From assembly GCF_009914755.1 (NCBI RefSeq), contig NC_060927.1: DNA of 64,000 bases; one strand, given 5' to 3'. The notes beneath the pieces were generated by a model, which saw nothing but the letters and a program-made list of their open reading frames with translations, was not told where the DNA came from and searched no databases. Below, piece after piece: positions 42,101 to 53,853 of the stretch. The translations under genes were made by a program, and so were the position numbers. How positions within the stretch are numbered: position 1 is the first letter of the stretch; each line of letters opens with the position of its first letter. The stretch comes from the human T2T-CHM13v2.0 reference genome, Homo sapiens.

Positions 42101-43149
42101 AGAAACTAGGTAGTAAAGCTTAATGTTTAGGTCAGGAACCAGGGGACACAAGCACACACCTGTACATGTGCATTGTTTCGTGTTTAGTAAAATATTGAAA
42201 CTAAATTAACACTGATAATTTAAAATGGCCTCTCTAAGTGTAAAATTTAACATTCTTTCAAGACTAAGAAGCTGAGCTTCATAATCTTTACTTTTTGTTC
42301 TGTTTTGTTTTTTAGTATAAAAGCTAATTACAATTTGATTTGAACGTTAAAGTTTTTTTTAATGTACTGCATCTACAGCACATTTTAAAATTTATGATGA
42401 AAGAACTTTGGTTCATAATCATCATCATATGTTTTTATAATTCATTATAACTTGTTATTCAATTTACTTTTCAATGATCAAAAAGTTTTCATTAGCAGCA
42501 TGTTGACTACCATAAACATACCTTAAATGTACAAAGTTATCTGGTCTCATCCAGCTCTCGCTGTATCAAGTACATTTTTTAAGTGAGTAGAAGTGCGATG
42601 CCAAAAAGTCTTGTTTGTGAACAAGCAAATCTAGTTCACAAAATTTTCATGGAATTTTTCACATGGAATTTTTCACAAAAATTTCATGGAAGATTTTGCA
42701 AGTTGGTATTTTGTTTTGGGATGGAAATCAGCATTGTTGAAATTGAAATGTAAATATTGAGTAATATTTTATTTTCGATGTTCCCTTCTTTCCCCAGGAT
42801 ATTCCAACCTCAGTTATTCAAAGACTCCATCACCAGAGAGAAAGTCAGATTGTCACTTTGGGGAGTCCTCTGCCCTGTATATATCCCATATTCTTTCAGA
42901 TAAGTGAAATTAGCATGCCTGGGTATTACAGTTGTTTATGCCATACTACTATAAATACTTCTAAGAGAAGATTTATCTTGACTTAAGACTTGGAATTTTG
43001 TTAAATTAATGCACAAATGTATATGACCATAACTTAACGATGATTTGTATATTAGCTGAGTCAAGTGGCATATATAAAAGCAATGAAGGTTTCTTGGACA
43101 TTCTACACTGAAATGTTTAGAATGTTTAAAAAATTTATCTTTCTATTTT

Positions 43150-43440
43150 CCAATAGTGTGGTAAATGTAAAGTGCTTAGCACTTTGCGTGACACATGGTA
43201 GGGCCTCAAAAAATATTAGCTATTATCATTATAAACCAGAGGCCCTGTTATGTGGCAGTTTGTATCTCTCTCTTGACTAATAGAAGCACTTTGCAGATGA
43301 TATGTCACACAATCTAGAAAGGTAGTGCTTAAAGGAATAGACTTATCTCCTTATTTTACAAATGAGGACATTGAGGCCCTAGGAAGTTAAATGACTTAGA
43401 CAAAATCACAAAGGTAAAGTGGAAAGCCCAGGAGAAATCC
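43150..43440. mobile_element. MIR fragments
   Basis: TGTAAAGTGCTTAGCAC; ATTTTACAAATGAGGACATTGAGGC...GTTAAATGACTT. Confidence 0.65.
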
Positions 43441-46164
43441 CCTGGCCTTCAGCCTGCTGTGATTTCTACCAACTATAGATTAGAACTTTTCAGACAAGTG
43501 GCACCTGCAAGTGTCTTCGAGCAAGGCCTCAACCTCCAGCACAGCTCTTGCCACCTGCAAACACCAGGGAAGAGCAAGATTGAGTTACATGGCTTGGAAG
43601 AAGAGTGAAACACCTCGCAAGACCCAGAGAAAACTCCACATCCATTTGCAGCTAATTTTAAAGCCCAAATAAAAGCACAATCTTTGGAATCACTCTATCT
43701 TTGGTCAGGCAAATGTTTAAAGAGCAATATTATATACATCTAGGGTAAGAACAATTCATTAATTTAGATGAATGAATTGTCAAAAGGTTGTTTTGCCTGT
43801 AAATGTGAGTAAATTGAATATCAAGTCATCATGAAATGTAAACACGAGATAATGTTCCTGTTTCATTTTCCTTTTTCCCGAAAACATGGGTAACAGATTT
43901 TTACGTCCAGCATTACTTTTGGAAAAAAATTAAAGTATGCAGTGCTTCTTATGAAGAAAGTTATTTCCCTCACTTGATAGGAAATCTGATCCAGAGAAAT
44001 GAGGGGCTGTGGAGATTATGTCCTGAATCTGGAGTTCATGATGAAAAAATATAAGTCAGTTTAAGTTCTGGATAATTGATAGTCTATTTTTAGATCAACA
44101 TCTCTTGAGAATATTCTTTAACACCAAGGGAAATTAAAATGAAATATTGTCTTTGCTCTTTTAGAGCTTTTCTTTTCAAGAAAAGAAAGGGGATTTAGAG
44201 CTTTTCTTTTCAAAATATGCAATTGGTCCTAACCTGACTCCTCAATTCAGCAGCCTTAAATTGAGATAGAGTCTAGCAGGTGACCAGCAAAGCGTTTCTC
44301 TGACATCTCAGGGGTCAGTAACACCGCTAAGGAATTTAGATGTAAAGTTCAGAAAGCTTTGGGCAGGGCATGGTTGGAAGAACATGGGAAAGAGGGCTTT
44401 TGAGCGTTTTGACTTTTTAATTATCCTTATTTTGAAATTAGAACCACATGGATGGTAGTTTAGAATGATTTACCTTGATTTTTAGATAAGATTTGTTTAA
44501 AAACGGAAATCAATTTACTTCTGCTCAACAAACTTCCAAGTGCTTCCATTTGTATAGCAATTTGATTATGAAATAGCACGGGATGAATGAATTCCTAGGT
44601 GGAATTTCTTGAAAATAATGGATAAAAACCTCCAACAGTCCACTAATGCCAGGAGATGCTACAATAATTGGTAAATATCTTGTCTGATGCCCTGTAATGA
44701 CTGAGAGCAAATCACCAAGGTCTTCTGTTAATTTTTGTTTCCCAAACTATTGACAGACAAGAGAAACATGTTTCCTATTGTTTTCCACATTTTTAAAAAC
44801 CTTTTTTGTATAATTGTAAAAATAATGATTGTCACAAAAACTAGCAGAATAACTCTGGGATTTTATTTTATATTTTAAGAGACTATCCTAGATTTCCTAG
44901 ACTCTATCATATTCCAATTTCTGCCACCTACATTATACTTGGGAGGTCTCATTATTGCAAAAATGACTGTTGGGTTTTCTTTGAATTTGGTTTATATGAA
45001 TCTTTCTAGTCAATTCTTTTGACTACAGATATTAAAAGCCTTCTATATTATCAGGAAATGGAAAGCCAATGTTTTATTTTAAGTTTAATCTTTTTTTGTT
45101 GTTAGCACTACTTACAAATGGATTATTATTTCTTGGACTACCTTTCAACCTATTTCTTAACAGTTAACACGAAATGTTTATGAAATGTTGCTGATGCTTT
45201 TTCTAAGCCAGATTGCTGATTCAGCAGCTTCCCCTTTCATACACAACTTTTGGGTCCTTAAACAAAACAACACAAAATAAAAACTATTAACAGCTCTGAG
45301 AAAGATGACATTACAATCAACACCACTGATCATTAAAATGAGCCTAGCCTGAAGTAGTAATGAAATTTTCCAAATAGTGTACATTTGCAGTAGAGGATAG
45401 AAGTGGCCTTAATTTTCAGTCAGCAGACAACTACCAAGGGCTTGTCATTCACAAGGGACTGGAAATAAGAACATGTCATTGCTTATGAGCATCTCAAAGT
45501 GGGGCCTATAAAGTGAGGGACCTGCAACACACTTTCATGGAAAATGCAGATTCATGGCCTCCACCCAGACCTATTGAATCTGAACATCTAGGGGAAAGCC
45601 CAAGAACATGAATTTAGCCATAGTCATATGAATTACAGTTTTAAAATGGTTAAGCTAGACGTTCATATTCTTTAGATTGGGAGACAGACTTGTGGGAAAA
45701 TAATAGAAATCTTTTAAAGCCAGGAAGATGAACTAGGCTATAATGAAATTCCAAAAGCGTTTTTTGACAGAATGGGTCAAGAAGGAGCATGGTTCTACAC
45801 AATCTCCTCCTGGGGAGCACTGAAAGATGAGACTTTATCAAGAGTGTAAGCACGTTATCATATAGTGAATATTCAGCAGCATCTGAGAAGTTGAGTATTT
45901 GTAGCCCAAGGAGGAAAGCCAATTTCCAAAATCATCCCAGCCGGAATACTTACAGCATCTTCCGCCCACGCAGTTTTCCTTTCTGTCAGTGACACCATCA
46001 ACCTGCTGCCTCAAGGCTAAATTCATACAACCAAAATCTCCCTCCTTCCGAGCCAAAACCTATGGAAATAAGAGTGTGGGAGAGTTGGAAAAGTAAGACA
46101 GCTGATTGTGTATAATTTAGGCCCAGAGGCCGCATGGTATAGGCAGATAGAAACTTGATTTACT

Positions 46165-46505
46165 GGCCAGGCATGATGGCTCTCTTCTGTGATCCCAGTA
46201 TTTTGGTAGGCTAAGGTGGGGGGATCGCTTGAGGCCAGGAGTTCAAGACCAGCTTGTGCGATATGGTGAGATCCCCCATCTCTACAAATACACACGAGCA
46301 CACACACACATAAATTAGCCAGGCATTCATGGTGGTGCATTCCTGAAGGAGGCTCAGGTGGGAGGATCTCTTGAGCTCAGGAGTTCAAGATTGCAGTGAG
46401 CTATGATCCTGCTACTGCACTCCAGCCCATGTGACAGAGCAAGACACTGCACATCCGCCCCCACGCCCTGCCAAAAAAAAAAAAAAAAAAAAGAGAGAGA
46501 AAAAG
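46165..46505 (+). mobile_element. AluJ with a (CA)n-like middle linker
   Basis: GGATCGCTTGAGGCCAGGAG and GCAGTGAGCTATGATC are J-type; TSD-like AAAC(T/C)TGATTTA(C/T)T. Confidence 0.93.
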
Positions 46506-46779
46506 AAAAACCTGATTTATTGATCCAGTAGTAGCTGTGTGAGCATTGGTGCAATAATTCCTTCCGGGCTTCAGCTTCATCTCCTGTAAATCCTCGATGA
46601 TTGCAGGATTTCAGATCTGCCTGATTTGATCTGTGAGCGTCAGTGTCTTATCTAATTGCATGGTTGTTAGAAAAACAAAGTCTAGAATCTCACAGGCCTC
46701 AAGCCAGCCTTGTAATATACTCAGGAACTGAAATCAGCATCAGCTTCTCCTTCTCCTGATGGCATGTTGTTAAGAGAAC

Positions 46780-46995
46780 AAGCTTAGAATCAGGTAATCC
46801 ACAGTGTCAGCCCAGCTCTGTCACTCACAAGGTCTGTAATCTGGAGCACACTTCTCCCAACCTCAGTTTCTTCGTCATTTAAGTTGGTATAATAATATCC
46901 ACCTCACAGTGCTGGATAAAGTACTAAATAATGTTTGTAACATGTCAGCTCCATACCTGACATATAGGAAGGGCTCGATGATAGTAGTTACTATT
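46780..46995. mobile_element. MIR
   Basis: CCCAGCTCTGTCACT...CCTCAGTTTCTTCGTC...ATAATAATATCCACCTCACAG. Confidence 0.65.
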
Positions 46996-47156
46996 ATTTT
47001 TTAAAACTGCAGAATCAAATTTTCAAAAGACTGCAGACACTTAGTTCTTTCACTGTGAACTCCTGTCTTTCATCTCAGAGAAGTGCCATGTTAGAAGAGA
47101 AAGGCCACCATTGATGTCAATATCAATGTTTTAAAAACTTACTGTGTAATGCACTG

Positions 47157-47560
47157 CAGTGACATACCTAGCATATTTGATGCCTGGAGTGGATCATTTT
47201 TTAACATCCCTTCCTCTCTATGATAAAATTATTTTCAGTAATTATCACATAAGAATTAGTAATAATCATTATTTTCTCAAATTGTTCCTTCGTTTTAAAA
47301 ACAAATAATTAACAATTTTATTAGAAAAGCAAAGTTCAATTTTAAATATATTCAAATTCAGTAAAACATTTCATGTACGAACTAAAATTTGCGCTTGCCA
47401 AACTAAAATATTATACCTTGAAGTTCAGAGTTTCCTTCTTCTAAATTTGAAACATAAAACCTCTGAGTGATTACACAGAAATGACAGAATTGGTGTAAAT
47501 CAAGATCTTTGTGTCCTTGTTTCTACAATCACTGAGCTACCATCATTTTTGAATCTACCA
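47157..47560 (+). mobile_element. Ancient hAT-like DNA transposon end (MER99-like, tentative)
   Basis: Begins CAGTGACATACCTAGCATATTTGATGCC, resembling a hAT CAGTGGCGTACC terminus; family call from memory only. Confidence 0.35.
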
Positions 47561-47940
47561 TTTAAACACAGGAAGAGATGATACCACCAGGGCTGGAGAC
47601 AAAACCTTCAGGGGAACCAATAGGTCCATCAATTTCGAACCATTATACACTTGCTTTATACAAAACTCCTGAGGCTGAGTCCACTTCTGCTGAGGAGTGG
47701 AGTGGGGAAGGCACCTTGAATAACTGGGCATTCTTCAAATTGACTTCCTTAATAAAGAATACAATGTTTATTAAAAGATAAGTAATTAAAAACCAGGAGA
47801 ATACATAGCTTACATATATTCTATTAAAACTCAATAGTAACCACAACAGTTCCCTGGAATTTAAACCAACAAGAGATTTTGGGGATAAAGTAATTTGATC
47901 ACTGACATTGTTTAGAATTGTTGGCTTATGTTGATAATGA

Positions 47941-48248
<308 letters not shown>

Positions 48249-48379
48249 GCAAATAAACTTTTAGTCAGCTTTCCTATTGCTTTTAAATTCTTTACAGACA
48301 AAACACCTCTTACTTCCTACACCTGGTGCATCCTCCCTCTGTCCTGCCCTTGGCATTCTACCATTCCAGTTATTTCCTT

Positions 48380-48640
48380 CACCTGTGAATTTCCAGAATC
48401 TTCTGAATTCCCCACACCTAGTATAGCCCTTTCTACATAGTAGGTACTTAATGACTATTTGTTGAATTATGAATGCCAGCCATGCTACATTTTCTCATGC
48501 TCATTATTTTTAAAATGTCCAAGGGCAAGGATTTTTATCTGCATTTTACAATCAGTCTTTGAGATATTATATAACATGTCCAAATTCACACAGCTCATTA
48601 GTAGCAGAGCTGGGATTCGAACCGAGGTCTCTCTGGCTCA
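48380..48640. mobile_element. L2 tail plus MIR
   Basis: ACATAGTAGGTACTTAAT...TTTGTTGAAT; TCCAAATTCACACAGCT...GCAGAGCTGGGATTCGAACC. Confidence 0.6.
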
Positions 48641-50081
48641 TGTGCATTGAGCACACGTCCATGTACACAGCTTCTCATCTGTGCCATACTGCGCTGACAC
48701 TTTTGACTACTGACTTCAGAATTTATAATGCATAATTAAAGAAGTACCCTTTGTGGGTACTATTCAAGCTTGTTTGCATCCTAAATGCAAGTTGGAAAAA
48801 TATTTGGCACCAGTGACTGTCACATTCATTAGGCACCTTAAACCCATCTGCAGCTCTATTGATATTCATCAGCCCTGCTAAATCATTTACACCATCAGGA
48901 AATTAGTCTAGAATGACACTCCCTTTCAGAAAAAGGAACCAGGAAAATCCAGAGAGGCAAGAAGCTGAACCCTGATGGGAGGCGAATAATAGCAGGTAAC
49001 TGCTCCAGGCCCCACTGCCAGGGGAACAAGGGAGTCGCTGTCATCCATAGGTTGGAGAAATAAAAACCCAGCCGCAGTGGGATTTTCATTCATATGGCAA
49101 CACAATCCAGTGCTTGGCAAGTCACTGAGCCTGCACAGCCAACCATCTGTTTCAAAGCCTCCTGCATTTTCCCATTCATGTAGCCATTTAATCTGCCCTT
49201 GGCAGGATTGAAAATAAAATTCGGGAGACTCGCTGAGAAATGCATGCCTCAGAGAAGCCCTGACTCAGATAAACCCAGACCTAGCACACCCTGGCCACTG
49301 CAGGAAGCTGCACAAAATCCCTTCCAGCTCAGGGATCTTTTTCTAATCAGAAATTATCCCACACGCTGTCACCAGGGGGAGCCCCCACAGGAAGCTGCTG
49401 GCCTGCAAGAGCACTGCGGAGGGGCTCGGAGGACCTCAGAGCTTCTGACTCAGCCACCTTTGCTGTTGCAAAGGTTGAGACCAGGAGGGAGATTTGGGCC
49501 TTTTCCTTTTTCAGCTAGACGTGGCACGAATATGGGGAAATGAACAGTTGAGTTATCTTACCATATCTTCTATTTAAGGGCTCGGGAGTTAAGGGAACAC
49601 CAGGTTGCAAATGTATTTTATAATGTCCACTTATAGACCAGACATCTTTTATTTTAAAAACTTTTTTTTTTAAAAAGTAAAAATTTGTCTAGAAATGCTC
49701 AGTCCCATGAAATGTCCTTGTGGCAGAGCTCAAATATGCATCCTACATAATTATAAATTAAAGGATTTGACGTTTTATAAATTCTCTGAAGTCAGTGGGT
49801 CCAGACCCAGAGGAGCATCCAAATGACCCAAGAACCTTTAAAAAACATAGGTGTGACTCAGCTGATATGAGTGGATGTCCAGGCAACTGTATTAGAAACT
49901 GATTTCAGAACAACTGCTTGAAAAGAGGCTCCATAACCCTATTTTATCTGCCTAAACCAGCAAGGGCTCTGAATTTCAGTTTGATGATGCCAAATAAAAG
50001 AGTTACTTGGTTCTTCTAAATAGACTTCTACCCCGGAATCTGTATTTCCCAGACTTGCTCGCTTTTACAGATTGTCTGGGA

Positions 50082-50277
50082 ATTGGTTCTCAAACTTGAC
50101 TGCACATCAACATCATCTACAGCTCCTTAAAAAGCCCCAGTGCCTAGGTGCCGCCCCCAGTGACTCTGATTTTATAGGTCTGCAATGGGACCTGGACATC
50201 AGGATATTTTAAAGCCCCACTGGCGGCTGTAATGTGCAGCACAATTTGAGAACCATTAATGGAGGGGGCTGTCAGAA
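50082..50277. mobile_element. MER5A-like hAT-Charlie MITE
   Basis: Inverted termini TGGTTCTCAAACTTG...TGCACAT and ATGTGCAGC...TTTGAGAACCA. Confidence 0.8.
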
Positions 50278-51084
50278 GCACAGATGTCCAGGCCCCAAGC
50301 TAGACCCACGGAATCGGTGTCTTTAAAGAGGATCCAGGGTAACTGAATTTTTACCATGCATTACAAGTAGGCATTATGATCTGGCAAGTCTATGAACCAA
50401 AAGAAGCTCACATTTCTTTTTTGCAGGAGACCGTAGTCCTTCCCTGTCCCTGCAGTAGTGAGAGCAGTCATTTTGATAGAGCTGCGGTAGAGGAGGCCTG
50501 TGGCTGGTCTGGGGCCAACCTTGGGCTCCCACCCTCCCTCCTTCTGCCAACCATCTACACACATGTGGATGTTTCTATAAATCACTTCTGATCTGTGGTT
50601 CGTATTCAGGAAGTGTTCTGACTGCTTACCCATGTAATGATGGAGTGGAGGAAAGGTCTAATTTTGGAACAACAGTGGCTTAGGCAGCACCGTGTTCCCT
50701 GCAAGTTGAATTTCCTAAACACAGTCGCTCCACCACTCTGGCGGCTGCTCACCACAATTACACAGGCAGTTTAAGGCACTCTATCCATCACAGCAAATTA
50801 CTGGCATGATCCACTCAAGAATCAGGCTGGACAGCCTTGCTGATGGCAATCTTTGCAGAACCTTCTTGATAACCAAGAGGAAGGCAAGGTGGGAGAGAGA
50901 GCTTTGCAGGTCAAGGCCATTGAATCAATTAACAAGAGCTCGCCCGATTCCAGCATGGCTTCCAATCTGACCGGGGAGACAAGATTTGTGAAAGCTGTTA
51001 GTACAGACAGCATCATACAAGAGTGTGAGTTCTTACCGCCTGGGTTTCACAGGTACAATAAAACCAGGGAAGGAAATTAACTTT

Positions 51085-51250
51085 TGTGGGATGTCTTACA
51101 TAGTGCTAGGCTCTAACGTACATTGTTTTATGTAATTCACTCAACAGCCCCAGGATGCATCATTACTCTCATTTTGCAGATGAGGAAACTGAGGATCATT
51201 TTATCCAGATCACTCAGGTACATGGAGGCAGAGAGACACTTTCTCTGGGC
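51085..51250. mobile_element. MIR
   Basis: CATTTTGCAGATGAGGAAACTGAGG core. Confidence 0.75.
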
Positions 51251-51743
51251 CCCAAACCATTCCCCTTCCCGGTGGCTTAGGCCAGTTGAAACCCTACAGA
51301 CGTTGGCCTCTGTTTCTTCAGAGATCAGCTCCCGGGGAGCCTGGGAAGCCAGGCAGGGAAGTCTGCTTTGACAGTAATAACTTGAGAAGGAGCTGCTGTG
51401 CTACTTCTCTGCAGGGCAGGACCAGGAAATGGAACTCCACTCCCCTGCCATGAACACAGAACACTGGCTCTTCTTGTCTGAAGCTCCTGGTTTGGTAAAC
51501 TGGTAAGAAGATGCTCGTGCTGAACCCTTGTACCAGGAGTATCTTCCAAGCTAGAAAGGGCCTTCTCTTTCTGTTGCTGGGGTCTTTACAAATCTCAGCA
51601 AACAATGTCTTAAGACTCCTGACCTCATCCTTGGGTTCCTGGGTCTGTATTTTCTGGTAAGCACCCTATGATTTTAACCTTTGGTGATTCGTGGGTGCTG
51701 AGGTGGCTGAGGAAACTGTAGTGAGATAAAAGACATAGAGCTT

Positions 51744-52100
51744 TGTTTTAGGTTGGGCTCCCCAGAGGCCCACCATGAATCATGTATCTGGGCGTGGGGA
51801 GTTTAGGAAGCAATGCAAGGAGTATTGGTAAGAGAAGTTAGAAAGTGAGACAGAGAAGGGAAGAAAGAGAAGCCTATAAAGGGTACGTTCATTGTTAGGC
51901 AGTTTCCACTGTGGACAATTGGGGCTCAGTCCCACTGTGGACCTGGAGAAGACAGTGTAGATTATTGTATACACCTCTGATTTATCCCCATCCTTACCCA
52001 GGGGTGTGAGAGCTGTGGTATTGATCCTCCAATTCCCACCCATCATTGACTGAGGGCTGTTCCTGGGGAAAGGGAAACTAACTCCCTCTATGACATAAGC
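51744..52100 (-). mobile_element. LTR16-like (ERVL) solo LTR
   Basis: TGTTTTAGGTTGGGCTCCCCAGA...AGTGAGACAG..AAGGGAAG...CCACTGTGG.CAA.TGGGGCTCA matches the recalled LTR16 pattern. Confidence 0.65.
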
Positions 52101-52389
52101 TCCAAGGACTAAGAGGCAACTCTCAGGCTGTTAGTGGGTCCTGACCACTAAATGAATAGTAGGAGGGACACAGCCAGGGCCTGAATCTACTCCAGGTTGG
52201 AGATGCTTATGCCATTCAGTGGCTCTGATGACACTGCCTTGAGGACATCTGGGCTCAAGGATAGCAAGGCTTAGACAGGGGTTGGCTGAGCAGAAGGAGG
52301 ACAAGTAGCCACCGTCAGATCTGGCCCAGGCCTCAGACTCTGAAGGGGCCAAGGGGTCATTTGAAGGGGGCAGAAACCCACCCTATGCT

Positions 52390-52555
52390 TAGGGTTGACA
52401 GATAAAATACAGGCTGCCCAATTAAATCTGAATTTCAGATGAACAATGAGTGATTTTTAATTATAAGAACAGTGCACGCAATTATATGCTGTTCATCTGA
52501 AATTCAGATTTCATTGAGTATTCCATATTTTTATTTGTTAAGTCTGGCAATGCTA
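52390..52555. mobile_element. MER53 palindromic hAT MITE
   Basis: TAGGGTTGACAGATAAAATACAGG...CTGGCAATGCTA; 22-bp perfect inverted arms; degenerate 8-bp TSD CCTATGCT/CCTGTGCC. Confidence 0.9.
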
Positions 52556-53477
52556 CCTGTGCCCCCTCTCTGAGTTGGGAGTGGGTGTGGGCAGAGGCCA
52601 CTCTGGTCTCTGGCATGCCAGAGTTTTTGACACAAAGCAGAGGGTAGAAGGCCGAAGGCAGCCTGAGTACATCTCCTCAGTTAGGTAAGGAGGGGCTGTG
52701 GCTGTGCAAAGGGAAGGGAATGAGGCTTCAAATAAGGAAAAATGTTGACCTTTGGAAATAGAGTTGCACAATCTACAAATAGCCTCTGGAGTTCGTGGTG
52801 TTGCTAATGGTTCTTTTTGGAATTCATATTTAACTGACACTTCTTGGATACCTACCATGTACAACCTTCTTCCTGATCACCGTGTCACTTCATCTTCATG
52901 ACCGCTCTTGTTTATCCTTGAGGACAATGAAGTCTTTCAGAAGACAGCATTGTCCAAAGTGAACACATGAGCAGTTGAAACCCAATTTCTGGCCCCAAGT
53001 CCCAGGATCCTTTCTGTTGTAGCACAGCTGCTTCTAATGAGGGATGTCTGACCCCAAGTCCCATGTCCAACACTGCCATCGCTTGTTTATATCAAGTATA
53101 AGGCAGAGGCTTGGCTCAATCAGTATGATTTTTGGTCCATATGCAAATCTGATTTACGGTCAGTTTTTAGCTCACCAATGGATTGCCATCTAGGCCATTC
53201 CACAAATACAGAATACACCTGAACTGTATTCCTCATATTAATAAACAACACACATTTCTTTGAAAATATTGTCTCTGTGAGAAAACACACCCTGCATTTG
53301 AACTGAGAATGCAGGACCAACTCGCTCCTTGCATGAACCCTGTAAAAATGAAACTTTCTCCTTCCACAAAGTCAATCCAACCACCAATTCTTACAGGAAA
53401 GGGCTGAGGCTGTGGGGCCACTCCAGGTAAAGACTCTAGCCGGTGGGCTGGAGGATGAGATGCTTCCTCCTGGAGGT

Positions 53478-53853
53478 TGATATGATTTGGCTGTGTCCTC
53501 ACCCAAATCTCATCTTGAATTGTAGTTCCCACAATCCCCATGTGTTGTGGAAGAGACCCAGTGGGAGGTAATTTAATAACGGGGGCGGTTACCCTTATGC
53601 TGCTCTTGTGATAGTGAATGCGTTCTCATGAGATTTGATGGTTTTATAAAGGGGGACTTTTCTCCCTTTTGCTCGCCACTTCTCCTTCCTGTCACAATGT
53701 GAAGGCTGTGTTTGCTTCCCCTTCTGCCATGATTGTAAGTTTCCTGAGGCCTCCCAAGCCATACTGAACTGTGAGTCAATTAAACCTCTTTCCTTTATAA
53801 ATTACCCAGTCTTGGATATGTCTTTATTAGCAGCATGAGAACGGAGTAATATA
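53478..53853 (+). mobile_element. THE1 (THE1B/C-like) solo LTR
   Basis: TGATATGATTTGGCTGTGTCC...ATTAAACCTCTTTCC...TAATATA; exact TSD GAGGT at 53473-53477 and 53854-53858. Confidence 0.95.
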
